Notes under the pieces: model-generated
Database searches by the model: none
The model's input: only the letters and a program-made list of their open reading frames with translations
Told to the model about the DNA's origin: nothing
NCBI GenBank assembly: GCA_964016885.1
Contig: OZ024750.1
Coordinates: 13,640,001-13,704,000 of the forward strand
Length of the DNA: 64,000 nucleotides
From: Eledone cirrhosa
Lineage: Eukaryota
Direction of reading: 5' to 3'
Translations under genes and position numbers: made by a program
Shown: positions 38,926 to 53,196 of the stretch, in pieces
Numbering within the stretch: position 1 is the first letter of the stretch
Layout of the letters: the number at the start of each line of letters is the position of its first letter

Positions 38926-39509
38926 TCTTTCTTTAATTTTTGTTAAGTTAACATTTAAGCCTTTCAATTCTAAATATTTTTCCATACCTGGAATTTTGCC
39001 TCAAACTCTTTCACGAAATATATGAAATATATGTGTGTAAGACACCGGAAAACCAAGGCCAAGAGTCAAACCCCATGTATATATATGTTTGTGTGTGTGT
39101 GTGTGTGTGTGTGTACATATGGAGAGAGAGAGAGAGTTTGTGTGTGTGTGTGTGTATCCAAAATGTTAAGCATCCTCGACAGTAGGTAATTGAGAATGTA
39201 AAGTTGGTAAAATACATTTTGAAATATTATACTACAACCATACAATAACTGCTGAACTCTAAAGTTAAGAAATGCAAGACTGACAGTGAGGAAATAGTAA
39301 TAGTAGTGAAATATGATGTTACTGGAGATAACTACTGTAATTATGTGTAGTTACTCAACATGGTTCTGTTGCAGACATGCTACATGAAATTCCACTCAGT
39401 ACTACTGTACTTGAAGTTCATGCTTTGCTGCTATTTGCAAAGAATGGAAACAAGGTAGGAAAGAAAGGAGACAATATAAGGTAGAGAAGACTCCTTAAAT
39501 GTTTCCAGG

Positions 39510-39700
39510 CACTAGACAACCTCTCTAATGTCAGAGATTAGACAACCTTTCTCCTGCCAGGGATAAGACAACCTCTCTCCACTGCCAGGAATAAGACAAC
39601 CTCTCTCCACTATCAGGGATAAGGCAACCTCTCTCCTATCAGGAATAAGACAACCTCTCTATTGCTGGAGACAAGATAATCTCTTCACTGCCAGGGAGTT
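39510..39700. repeat. Degenerate ~28-bp minisatellite
   Basis: GGGATAAGACAACCTCTCTCC, about 6 copies. Confidence 0.75.
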
Positions 39701-40647
39701 ACAGGAGCATGCATACACTGACAACTCACTACATATTTCGATATCACTGAAAGTTTAATATGATAATATACTATTTTGTGCCAATTAGAAAGCTTCAATA
39801 GGATGCTTAAACTGTATGAGATAGTAGTCAAATTTCCTCAACTCACAGCCTACGATTTTAGATCTTAAAATGGCAAGGACACAAGATTCTCAGAATTGGA
39901 AGACCTTTTTATTCATAGGTCTACTGAATCAGCACTGAACGGCAACACAATATACTATCTTTTCTGTTTGATCACATAACTGATAAATTCTTTCTTGGGA
40001 AATTCTAAAGTAACTGTAAAATACATGAAAACATAACTTTTATAGTATTTCACAACCTTAATATTTATATGACAGCCTCTTCTAGAAAGGCTTTAGCACA
40101 TAACCTTCCCTTGGTGTTTGATTAGATGTTACATCTAGCCTGTAAGCAGGCAGTTTTCTGTTTACTAACCTAGTTCTTATCTAAATCTTTTTGACTTTTA
40201 GTTATACTCCTTTCTTTTCTCTTTTTTTTCTTTCTTTTTATCCCACAGATAATTCTTAATGCCACCAGGGCAAATGTAGTCGCTCTGTTATTGTGAATTC
40301 CTGAAACCTTTTAGGTTTGTATCAAATATCTTTGTCATTACTCTTATGTCATTTTAATTAAGGGACAAAACATTTGTGCAAAATGACACAGCATGCATAT
40401 ATAAAGTTTATATTTGCCTGGAAAAACAAACTTCACAATACCAACACAAGAGAAAGGTTTTGGGACACCATCACTCATTATTACTCCAAAGTTGCAGAGG
40501 AGTTGTCCTAACTAAAAGAGAAATATTTCAATATTGTTGTATCATTGCCATCAAAGATTTAGTATTATGCCTTTATGATCTGAGCTGCTAGACCTTTCAT
40601 TCCTCTAGAGGAGGGGTAGAATATAAACAAATATTCCTTCATACAAA

Positions 40648-41135
40648 ATCTGCTGTATTCAGATCTGGAGAGGTGATGGGCTCCGCCAAGTTAAAAAAAA
40701 AGCCCTAGACATGCTGTATGTCAATACAGCGCCCCTACAACTCCCTCGGGAGTTACGGGACCATTCATGCATGATAAAAGAGACAGATAAAATGGCCAAG
40801 TGAATATTGTTATAAACAAGTTGTGTCAAGGACATGACAGCCTCCCTCGTGCTGGTGATCTACACAATAAAAGCACCCCAGTACATGCTGTAAAGTGGTT
40901 GGTGGTAGGAAAGGCATCCAATTGTAGAAAGCTTGCCTAACAAGGGGTTAAGAGGACCCTTCAATTTGTGTCAAAAGACTCAACAGCATCTTCTCTGCTC
41001 TTGATATGACCATTCAAAAGCAGGATACAGACCCCTCAGCCTGTTTGTGAGCTCAGTAGCCCGACTTCAGTACTCACTTGTTCTATGTAGACCTGTCCAA
41101 CCCTCGCAAGCAGGGAAAGCAGATGTTAAATGATA
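40648..41135 (+). mobile_element. Unclassified RTE-tailed retroposon
   Basis: 5' part homologous to 58260-58440 (-), 3' part to ~7370-7490; ends GCAAGCAGGGAAAGCAGATGTTAAATGAT. Confidence 0.55.
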
Positions 41136-41749
41136 AACACATATATACTTACATGTGACATCACTATCACTATCATGTCTGCTTTACCCTGTTGACATGA
41201 GTTTGAAGCATTATTCTATAGCCAGATGGGCTTCCTGACATCAACTCTTAGTTTTTAAGGAAGGTATGACTTTCACACATCAAACTGCTGAGCTGCATGA
41301 AATATTGTTTGTGTGGAACGTAAACAAATATCACCACATACACATATACATAACAGAATATGCACTCACATTCACACAAACACACGCAATCACAATGTGG
41401 TGATATCAAATGCAAAGCAGACCCACACACACATGCACGTATGTGTGTGAATGTCTGCTCTGGTGTACAAACAAGAAAATATATAAGACAAATTTTAAAT
41501 AATCTGATATTTTGAATGGAGTGAAGCATAAGTTTCTATTTGTACATTGTGTAGAACTATTGAAAGTTTGCAAAGTGTATTTATAAATGTAATATAAAGA
41601 CCATTTTTAGTTACACTAGTCATGATTAAATATTTATGTACTAAATATATAACTAAAATAAGGTTAAAATATAAAAAATACATTAAAAATATATGCAATA
41701 CCTTACATAAAATAAACTATACAATATACAGTATAAAGCAGTAGACCCA

Positions 41750-42383
41750 CATATATATATGTGTGTGTATGTATATATATATACATATATATATATATAC
41801 ATATATTATATATATATACATACATATATATATATATACATATATTATATATATATATATACATACATATATATATATATACATATATTATATATATATA
41901 TATACATACATATATATACATATATATATATATACATATATTATATATATATATATACATACATATATATATATACATACATATATATATACATATATAT
42001 ATATATATACATATATTATATATATATATATATATACATATATATACATACATATATATATATATACATATATTATATATATATATATATATACATACAT
42101 ATATATACATATATATATATATATACATATATTATATATATATATATACATACATATATATACATATATATATATATATACATATATTATATATATATAT
42201 ATATACATATATTATATATATATATATATATACATATATTATATATATATATATATATACATACATTATATATATATATATATATACATACATATATATA
42301 CATATATACATATACATATATTATATATATATATATACATACATATATATACATATATACATACATATATATACATATATGCA

Positions 42384-42457
<74 letters not shown>

Positions 42458-42530
42458 CATATATTATATATATATATATATATACATACATATATATACA
42501 TATATACATACATATATATACATATATGCA

Positions 42531-42580
<50 letters not shown>

Positions 42581-42609
42581 CATATATATATATACATATA
42601 TATATATAC

Positions 42610-42660
<51 letters not shown>

Positions 42661-42857
42661 CATATATATATATACATATAATATATATATATATATACAT
42701 ATAATATATATATATATATACATATAATATATATATATACATACATATATATACATATATGCATATATATATATATATACATACATATATATACATATAT
42801 ACATATAATATATATATATACATATAATATATATATATATACACATATATATATATA

Positions 42858-42915
<58 letters not shown>

Positions 42916-43095
42916 ATATTATATATATATATATACACATATATATATATATGTATATATATATATGCATATATATACATATATATATATATATATGCAT
43001 ATATATATACATACATATATATATATATATGCATATATATATACATACATATATATATATGTATATATATATGCATATATATATATATATATGCA

Positions 43096-43130
<35 letters not shown>

Positions 43131-43157
43131 GTATATATATATGCACATATATATATA

Positions 43158-43231
<74 letters not shown>

Positions 43232-43315
43232 GACATCATCATCATCATCATCATTTTACGTCCGCTTTTCCCTGCTTGCTGTATATATATGTGTATATAT
43301 ATATATATATACACA

Positions 43316-43371
<56 letters not shown>

Positions 43372-43384
43372 CATATATATATAC

Positions 43385-43444
<60 letters not shown>

Positions 43445-43446
43445 GC

Positions 43447-43478
<32 letters not shown>

Positions 43479-43496
43479 TATATATATATACATATA

Positions 43497-43567
<71 letters not shown>

Positions 43568-43650
43568 CATATAATATATATATATATACACATAATATAT
43601 ATATATATACACATATATATATATATGCATATATATATATATATATATGC

Positions 43651-43681
<31 letters not shown>

Positions 43682-43682
43682 T
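41750..43682. repeat. ~1.9-kb interrupted (TA)n/(TACA)n microsatellite with an RTE tail insert at 43234-43280
   Basis: Directly visible. Confidence 0.95.
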
Positions 43683-43931
43683 ACTGACATGCTACAAATA
43701 TAAATGCACACACGCTAAATAACGCATATATAAACACATACATACATACATACACCCACATATTTATACTAACATTCACTTACACACAACGCAGGTTTAT
43801 TTATGAAACTATAGCTCACTTAAAAGCATACAACTCTGTTTTCTAACCTATCCTACTAGTTCAATCTCTTATGGCCATCTACCTGATAAAGAGTTAAAAT
43901 AAAAAAGCTTTTTTTATTTTTTAATAAGATT

Positions 43932-44115
43932 AATTGTTTCTACTTTTGGCACAAGGCCAGCAATTACCCAGTGCATTACTGGTACTTTATTTCGTCGACC
44001 CCATGAGGATGAAAGGCAAAGTTAACCTTGGCGGGCTTTGAACTCAGAATGGCAAGGGACGTAACTCTATGCGTCAAAGCATGGCGTCCGACCCTCTACC
44101 GATACTGCCAATCCA
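43932..44115 (-). mobile_element. Meta-domain SINE with AAGATTAAT TSD
   Basis: Near-consensus copy with direct repeat on both sides. Confidence 0.9.
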
Positions 44116-44134
44116 AGATTAATAAAGTATGCAT

Positions 44135-44555
44135 TGTTATTGTTGTTTTGTTGTTATTGTGTAGTTATTGTTGTTTTGTTGGTATTGTGTAGTTATTGTT
44201 GTTTTGTTGTTATTGTGTAGTTATTGTTGTTTTGTTGGTATTGTGTAGTTATTGTTGTTTTGTTGGTATTGTGTAGTTATTGTTGTTTTGTTGGTATTGT
44301 GTAGTTATTGTTGTTTTGTTGGTATTGTGTAGTTATTGTTGTTTTGTTGGTATTGTGTAGTTATTGTTGTTTTGTTGGTATTGTGTAGTTATTGTTGTTT
44401 TGTTGGTATTGTGTAGTTATTGTTGTTTTGTTGTTATTGTGTGGTTATTGTTGTTTTGTTGTTATTGTGTAGTTATTGTTGTTTTGTTGTTATTGTGTAG
44501 TTATTGTTGTTTTGTTGGTATTGTGTAGTTATTGTTGTTTTGTTGGTATTGTCGT
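44135..44555. repeat. 28-bp minisatellite, about 15 copies
   Basis: GTAGTTATTGTTGTTTTGTTGGTATTGT at 44161, 44189 and onward. Confidence 0.95.
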
Positions 44556-44722
44556 GTTGTATTAATGTTGTTGTTGTTATTGTTTTGTTGTTGTTAATGG
44601 TGTTACAATAATGACTGCTGCTGTTGTTTAGCCCCCCCCCCCTCCCCCAACTTAACTCAGATTCAGCAGACTTATAACCAAAGACATTTTAACCAGAATC
44701 GTCTTGTCTATATTATGTAAAG

Positions 44723-45050
44723 CAAGCATGTCAAACTGAGGTCCCGCGAGGGCCACATGGGGTCACACATGTGTTGTCTGAGGGCCACATGGGTCACATA
44801 TGTGTTGTCTGAGGGCCACATGGGCCACACATGTGTTGTCTGAGGGCCACATGGGTCACACATGTGTTGTCTGAGGGCCACATGGGTCACACATGTGTTG
44901 TCTGAGGGCCACACATGACAACTAATTGCGCACATTACAACTAATATTTTTCATTTATATTACACTCGCACTGTAAAAACCTTTCTGCGGGCCGCAGGCG
45001 TGCTTGTAAAGGGTCACATACGGCTGTGGGCCGCATGTTTGCCATGCCTG
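44723..45050. mobile_element. hAT (Charlie-like) MITE with 8-bp TSD and internal ~31-bp tandem array
   Basis: TIRs CAAGCATGTCAAAC / GTTTGCCATGCCTG; ATGTAAAG at 44715-44722 and 45051-45058. Confidence 0.9.
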
Positions 45051-45352
45051 ATGTAAAGTGCCCCTTCATCTTTCAAGATAAGGTATAGTTTGAGGAAGAT
45101 TTAGCTGCTCTTTCTAGAAAGTCAAGCCAGCACTAAAAGCAATGGCACTACAACATTATAGTACTTTAGAGTATAATGTTTGGTTTTGTAATGTTCTGAG
45201 ATTAATTTCATATCCTCCTGTTATTCTCTCTTGCTGATGCAGTTTCTATATCAAGTACCAATAATACAATGGTGATGGCAAATTGGCAGAGACGTTAGAA
45301 TGCCGGATAGAATGTTTTAATGCTTTGTGGTATTACTTTCGGCTCTCAGCTT

Positions 45353-45603
45353 TCATCATCATCATCGTTTATATGTCCATTTTTCCACGCTTGCAAGGGT
45401 TGGACGGGTCCTTCTCAGCACAGCATCTCTCCACTCATCAAGTTTCTTTGTCATCTCCTTTGTGAGTCTCAGTGATTTGAAGTCAGCTCTCACCACCTCT
45501 ACCCAGGCCTTTCTCGGTCTACCTCAACTGTGGCTTCCTTCCACTGGCATCTCCTGGAACTTCTTCACTCATCGATCACCATCCATGCACATCACATGTC
45601 CTT
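45353..45603 (-). mobile_element. RTE LINE 3' fragment
   Basis: GHVMCMDGDR*VKKFQEMPVEG..GRPRKAWVEVVRAD, then (ATG)n tail. Confidence 0.85.
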
Positions 45604-45639
45604 TATATAGAAAATGGTAAGCTGGTCATGGTTGAAATA

Positions 45640-45830
45640 TCTTTGATGAAGGTCATTCACAGTTGACTTATTCACTTTTGATGAAGGTCACTCAGCTGAA
45701 CTAGGGGCCATCTTTGATGAAGGTCACTCAGTTGACCTGGGGGTCACATTTGATCAAGGTCACTCACAGTTAACCGGGGGGGGGGGATCACTTTTGATCA
45801 AGGTCACTCACAACTGACCTGGGAGTCAAA
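45640..45830. repeat. ~37-bp tandem expansion inside an old dispersed repeat
   Basis: TTTGATGAAGGTCACTCAGTTGACCTGGGG, about 5 copies. Confidence 0.7.
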
Positions 45831-48207
45831 CAACATGGAAATACCTTTAATCAAATACCTTAATGCTATCCTTAATCCACTGGCAGCTAACTTTCCCACT
45901 TTAGACCTTAAGTGCAATTATCAGCATCTAGTCTGTTGCAGGCATTTGGACAAGGTTTCAAGTTTGAGGATATCCTCCACTCTCTGTCCTATCAGTCATG
46001 GAAGTACTGAAAAGAAGAGTCAGACTATGACAGCACAATGGACCTTTAGACCTGTGCTAATGTGGAAAGTAGACATAAAATAAAATGATGATGATGTCGG
46101 GTGTAGTTTTGGAGATAGATTTGACTGCTATTTCTAGCAAGTCAGAAAACCACACAGAAGCACTTTGCACTGAATAGGTAGAATGAGTAGGTACAAGTTA
46201 CTTCTGTAGATACTAACATTCACTATAATTCATTAGTGTTTAGCTTGCCATGTAAAGGTCAAATCTGCAAACAAGATCTGGAGATCTCAAGGATATCATG
46301 ACTTCATGTTAAATGTCACAAAGGATAATACTGTATGTTTTTTTTAATGCATTACCTTAGTTGTTGTTGTTGCTGTTTAGACCCAGGTCAGTCCTAATTG
46401 AGTTAACATATGATCAAGAGATTTCCAGCTACGGCCATCACATCTTGTTTTGTTTTTTTGTAGACATTCTGTAAATGTGGTTGGTGTTAGGAAGGGCATC
46501 CAGCTATAAAATACCCGGCCAAATTAACAGTCCTTGTCGGAGCAAGGTACAGTGTGGCCAACTCTGACCAGACTTGCCTCCTGGCATGGGTTAGACCCAT
46601 CTAACCCATGCAAGCATGGAAAAATGGATGCTAAACAGTGATGGTGATGTGTATCTAGTTCTAAATTATCCATGATAGACTTGAATATCATCTTCTTTAA
46701 CACAGTAAATGTGATTTAAGGGAAATTTGGTTGATATTTCTAGTAAGCCAAGCAGCAACATAGAAGTTTGTGTTGTCTCAATTTTGTATTTGTGGGTGGT
46801 GGTGTGAGTGGTTGTAGGGGGTTACTTTGTTGAAATTTTTTTTTTTTTTCTTACTAGAAACAAGGCAAACAATTTATTCAGTGTATATCTATATTTTAGT
46901 AAATATATAAAAAGTTATATGAGTCATTGTTACTTCATATGTTTTCCTTGGTACATGGATCTGTGACAGATATAGAGAATCTCTGGAATTTCTCTTCCCA
47001 CACACTAAAACACTAACACACTCACTCACACACATACATGTAAACAGACACAAAGTGCACATCCACATATATACACAAAGGGATTCATACACATACAACA
47101 CACATGTACACAAACCACATATATAAACAAACTTTACATATACACAAAGCGGACATGTGAGATAAGAAGTAGAAAACAAAAAGAACTGTGAATATACAAA
47201 ATTTTAAAGGGTAAGTATTTCTTTGAGAAAGATCTAGTAAAAGAAGTATGGAACAGATTGCTACTAAAGTTTCAGAAATGTATCCCATTATATGCAAGAG
47301 ATTGTCTGATGTCATATTTGATACCATTTAGGTTCATCATGATACTGTGTCTTAAAAATTTCCTCTTTTTTGACATTGAAACGGATTTTTTTCCAACTCA
47401 ACAAGTTTAGTGTATTCCAAACTCACTGAAAGTTCATTGATAAACCTGTTTTGTTCCCCATAGTTTGTACCATTCTTGAGACTAGTATTTCCCAAACTGA
47501 GTTCCATGGAATACTACTGTTTCACGAGATAAGCTGTCTAAACACTTTTGATACAAACCACCTCAAACTGTTCCTACTTCTAGGATATGAAACTATTTTG
47601 TAAATGTTTATATTTATCTAAAAATCTTCCATCATAAGTTTAATTAAGAAATTTTCTTAAGATATACTCCAAATACTAACTTAATGAGAAAGTTTATTAT
47701 ATTACTAAGTCCTTCCAAATTCTTGTTTTCAAAATGATTGGAAAATCATAGGTGGTGCCTTTCATTAGAAAGTATGGTAATGAAAACGTCAATAAAAATT
47801 AAAAGATAAATTCTGGGTTTCATTACATGAATAAATTTTCTCTGTAGAAGTAGTTGAAAATTGGGATTGTCTATGATTTATAAATAGGGGTTCCTATTGT
47901 TTGAACAATAGAACAACCTACTTGTGTAAGTGGTTGAGCATTCTACAGGCACATGCACTCCTAACATAATTCTCAGGGAGATTCAGCATGACACAGTATG
48001 TGAAAAGGCTTACCCTTTGAATTACAGGTACAACTCACTTTTGTCAACTGAGTGGACTGGAGCAACATAAAATTAAGTGTCTTGCTTAAGGACACAACAC
48101 ACTGTCAAGAAATAAATTCACAGCCTTACAGTTGTGAGACAAACAACCTTGTGACTTTAAACTAGCCTTCAATTTCTCTATATCCTCTCAGCAGACTAAA
48201 CTTAACC

Positions 48208-48423
48208 CTAACTCTTTAGCATTTAAACTGGCCATATCCGTCCAGAATTCTCTCACCTCTTTCTGTCCAGACTGGCTGTAACAGGTTGCTCATAATTATG
48301 TTAAGGTATTGTTCTCAAAATAAATAATATCAAAATCTCGTAGATGAGATATTATGTGAGATAAAGCCTTTACCACGAAAATACATTAGTATATATAGAG
48401 TAATGTAAATACCAAAGGGTTAA
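48208..48423. mobile_element. TTAA MITE family 1
   Basis: Family sequence. Confidence 0.85.
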
Positions 48424-48747
48424 TACAGAAAGTGATAAAGGATACAAAAATACATTAAATAGTTAATAAAAACATTAAATATTTTAAACATTAAACAAAC
48501 AAACAACTGATTTACTACATTTCACTCTCAAACTATATTTTTCAGAAATTATTTCAACATAAGGAAATATCATATACATTATGTCAAATTACTTCTGAAA
48601 TAAAATAAATGCTATGAATTTTAACATCCGGGAACATGTAAACTTCATATTAAACTGTAGTTAATATTTCTAACTACTTTTTCAGTATCCTACTAACTAA
48701 ATGAAGCAGGATGGTGACTCAGAATCCTGACTGGATGGTTTACAGTA

Positions 48748-48949
48748 TACGAATGTATGCTGAAAAGTTCATAGGCTGACTATGTAGGAGTAATGCTAGA
48801 GCTGTGAAATCTTGCATGCAATAATTTCAATTCTTATTATTAATAACTGCATTGTTTCTTTCCAGGGACTACATTGAAAAATAAACCTCATTTGGTCATT
48901 CCACGAGGGTATCTTGGTCACCCTATGAACCTTTCAACCAGCCTTCATA
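48748..48949. mobile_element. Mariner-like TA MITE
   Basis: TA-CGAATGTATGCTGAAAAGTTCATAGG ... CCTATGAACCTTTCAACCAGCCTTCA-TA; second copy at ~61005-61200. Confidence 0.7.
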
Positions 48950-49494
48950 TGAACATGTCACTGACCTGTTTAATCTTAGAACCCATGCTAATTGCGATAT
49001 ATATATATACATAAATACACACACACACACATACCTACACAAAAACATGACACATATCTCTTATATAAATTATAGCAGTTATATGAGTTGGGTCCCCTTT
49101 TTGTTTATAGTATTTCAGCTTCAACCTTTTGCACTGTATATAATTTTAGAATAATTTTGAAAATAATCAAGAACATAACTGACTTTCTCATTATTAAGAT
49201 GGTGTTTGGAACATAACTTAACAAAGGTTCACATGTAAAATTATGATAGAAGGTTTTAATTTAAATATGAACACATTAAGACAAGCAGCTTTCTATGATG
49301 AAATGAAGGGCAGTTTCAGATGGTTTGCTATTAGAGAAGAGTTACAGACTGAAGCCACAAGTTAGAGACCCGGCAGAAACTCCCTTTAACTTTCAAATGA
49401 ACATTAACCATTTTTTAATATTATTGATATTAACTCAGACTGTGTAAGTGGTCGAGTATGTGAGTCTGAACGAATATCCTCCACCTACAACTAT

Positions 49495-50995
49495 CTTACC
49501 CTCTGCCTCTTGGTCTCAGCTGACAGGATGGAGAAGACATTATTGCTTTGGAAAATGGTGAAGGAAACATGCTGGAACAGCAACTCCATCTCGCAGGACT
49601 CACACCTGTAGGAAGCCAAACTCTGCTCCTATAGCAGTGAACAGGGATATGGTCCAGAGACCAAGAACACTGGAAGTCACCACAGCTACAGACTCTACCA
49701 CACACCTATCACATGGGCAGAGATGTGGTCTGGGGGCCAAGAATGCCAGAAGCCACCACTGCTACAGACTCTACCACACACCTATCACATGGGCAGAGAT
49801 GTGGTCTGGGGGCCAAGAATGCCAGAAGTCTCCACTGCTACAAGCTCTACCACACACCTATCACATGGGCAGAGGTGTGGTCTGGGGGCCAAGAATGCCA
49901 GAAGCCACCACTGCTACAGACTCTACCACACACCTATCACATGGGCAGAGATGTGGTCTGGGGGCCAAGAATGCCAGAAGCCACCACAGCTACAGACTCT
50001 ACCACACACATATCACATGGGCAGAGATGTGGTCTGGGGGCCAAGAATGCCAGAAGCCACCACTGCTACAGACTCTACCACACACCTATCACATGGGCAG
50101 AGATGTGGTCTGGGGGCCAAGAATGCCAGAAGCCACCACAGCTACAGACTCTACCACACACATATCACATGGGCAGAGATGTGGTCTGGGGGCCAAGAAT
50201 GCCAGAAGCCACCACTGCTACAGACTCTACCACACACCTATCACATGGGCAGAGATGTGGTCTGGGGGCCAAGAATGCCAGAAGCCACCACTGCTACAAG
50301 CTCTACCACACACCTATCACATGGGCAGAGATGTGGTCTGGGGGCCAAGAATGCCAGAAGCCACCACTGCTACAGACTCTACCACACACCTATCACATGG
50401 GCAGAGATGTGGTCTGGGGGCCAAGAATGCCAGAAGCCACCACTGCTACAAGCTCTACCACACACCTATCACATGGGCAGAGATGTGGTCTGGGGGCCAA
50501 GAATGCCAGAAGCCACCACTGCTACAGACTCTACCACACACCTATCACATGGGCAGAGATGTGGTCTGGGGGCCAAGAATGCCAGAAGCCACCACTGCTA
50601 CAAGCTCTACCACACACCTATCACATGGGCAGAGATGTGGTCTGGGGGCCAAGAATGCCAGAAGCCACCACTGCTACAGACTCTACCACACACCTATCAC
50701 ATGGGCAGAGATGTGGTCTGGGGGCCAAGAATGCCAGAAGCCACCACTGCTACAAGCTCTACCACACACCTATCACATGGGCAGAGATGTGGTCTGGGGG
50801 CCAAGAATGCCAGAAGCCACCACTGCTACAAGCTCTACCACACACATATCACATGGGCAGAGATGTGGTCTGGGGGCCAAGAATGCCAGAAGCCACCACT
50901 GCTACAAGCTCTACCACACACCTATCACATGAGCAGAGATGTGGTCCAGGGGCCAAGAATGCCAGAAATCTCCACTGCTACAGGCTCTACCTATC
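49495..50995 (-). mobile_element. CRE-like (RLE) retrotransposon 3' relic with expanded internal segment
   Basis: Minus strand PVAVEISGILGPWTTSLL ... EMELLFQHVSFTIFQSNNVFSILSA; nucleotide similarity to 11840-12450. Confidence 0.65.
49640..50992. repeat. 76-bp minisatellite, about 18 highly similar copies
   Basis: GAATGCCAGA at 49741, 49817 and onward; ORF translations cycle with a 76-aa period. Confidence 0.95.
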
Positions 50996-51374
50996 ATACA
51001 TAGAGAGAGAGAGAGAGAATCTTCTCAAAATACACTGTTTTATTTTTTTAATTTTAGGTTTCATTTTATTTTCTATTTTTTTTCTGAAATCTCTGAAGAG
51101 TCATTAAAACCTAACCTCCAATTTGCTGCAGTTTCATTACAAGTACTGCTCAGATGTAAATCATTTGATTCTCTCCTGAGAAAATGTTTATGTAGACAAG
51201 AAGCAATACCTAAGTACTCAGGGGATGTAAAATGGAATAATTAACATTAAAATTCTCAAATCTACAAATGTCAGAAATGTTTAAAACAGGGTAAACCGCA
51301 GCATATATTTCCAATTCAATATAGATTCTATGATCATTGCAAACATTTCCATTTAAACAAGTGACGTAATCACA

Positions 51375-51990
51375 CCACATATCTTTCATTAAAACATATC
51401 ATATATCTCTCATTAAAATATAACATAACCACATCACATATCTCATTAAAACATATCATATATTAAAATATAACACATATCAAAATATAACACAACTGCA
51501 TCACATATCTCTCATTACAATATAACACAGCTACATCACATATCTTTCATTAAAACATAACACAACTACATCACATATCTCATTAAAATATATCACATAT
51601 CTTTCGCCCCATTAAAACATAATATAACTGCCATTAAAACAGGTGACACAATCATAGCACATATCTCTCTGTGAAACAGGTGACACATCTAGGGTACAGT
51701 TAGAATGAGATACAATGGGGAGCTGAAGCCATGTTTCCTTATATAATAAATAAATCACAGTTGTGAGATACAATGGAGAGCTAAATCCATGTTTCCATAT
51801 ATGATTTTTAAAATAACAGTTGTGAGACACAATTGAGAACTAAAGCCATGTTTCCATAAATCACAGTTGTGAGATAAGATGGGGGAACTAAAGCCATGTT
51901 TCCATATATGATAAATATATAACAGTTATGAGATACAATGGAGAACTAAAGCCATGTTTCCATATATGATAAATAAATAACAGTCATGAG
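51375..51990. repeat. Two adjacent degenerate minisatellites
   Basis: CACATATCTCTCATTAAAA units (51375-51625); CAGTTGTGAGATACAATGGAGAACTAAAGCCATGTTTCC units (51700-51990). Confidence 0.75.
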
Positions 51991-52975
51991 GTGAATCACA
52001 GTATTACATTCAATTGCAAGCAGGGAAAAGCGGACGTATGATGATGATGATGATGATCAAAATACTGGCATTTATGGATGTATTTAATCATCTGTATATT
52101 CTCCATTATTTCCAATAACCCCAATTCATCTGTCAATAAACTTTTTATGGCTGCCATGTTCATAAAATTTCTTAGGTTTTGACATGAAAACATTTTCAAC
52201 CTCTTCTTTCTAAACAAACAAATAAGAAACAGCATACATAGTTAGGAGGATATTATAACTGAAGCAATTTTTTCCAGCAGAGTCCTTCTAGGAAGTCTTT
52301 GGTTTCTTGTACAGTATGATTATTATGTACACAAAGATTATTATGACGGAAAATGACCCCTTTTTTGTTTGTTAAAATTACAATCTTTTTGTTCAAACTT
52401 GTTTTCAAACACTGAAATTGTTGACAGTAAACCTCAATTGAACAGAACTTTTGGTCTAAACTGGTATCAAAAAAGAAATGGTGGTAACGAAATATGTTGT
52501 TGTTGTTTTGCACTTATGGAGGGGGAAGGTCTGATTGAGCAAACCTGTAAAGAAAATGTCCTATTGAGGTGATGATGATGGTGATACTAAAGATGATGAC
52601 AATGGTGAGATATGTGTCTGGCTATAATCTTCATAAAAATATTTATCATCAGACTAATCCAACTTACACATGTGTACAATGAAAAGGAATAATTCGCTGC
52701 TGTAAACAACAAGATTACTGTGTATTGAGTACTTTGTTAACTAACAGAGTTCCACCAGTAAACCTCTCCAGCATATCATTCTTTGATTCCTCGTGTGAAG
52801 AATGTACAAGACAGTGATATATTGCAAAGGAGAAAAAAAATAGAATATATTTTATATAAAGCTAGACTTCTAGAGTACTCTGAGTATTGATATAATTCAG
52901 TTAACATCTCTCATTTCTTCATAATCTGACAAAGAAAATATCTGTTTTGACATCCAGCACAAGGTTTTACTGCCA

Positions 52976-53196
52976 TTAACTCTTAACATCCTGTAATGAT
53001 TCAGCAGAAAATATCTAAAAATGGGTTTTGTTAATTCAAATATTTATAATATGTTTACTAGTGGACAGACTGTGAAAATTTGCAGTATTAAAGGCTTCAA
53101 TTTTTAATGTGATGCATTCATAGTGATGTTTGTTTTGTACTTTTCAAGAATGCCTTGGTAATGTGGTTTCATGTGGTACAGGACGCTAATAGTTAA
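52976..53196. mobile_element. TTAA MITE family 3
   Basis: TIRs TTAACTCTTAACATCCTGTA / TACAGGACGCTAATAGTTAA; diverged copy at 58705-59165. Confidence 0.7.

Noticed and set aside
49637-51107. Three 426-464 aa Cys/His-rich repeat proteins
   Set aside because: Consequence of a stop-free 76-bp unit; all three frames give the same peptide
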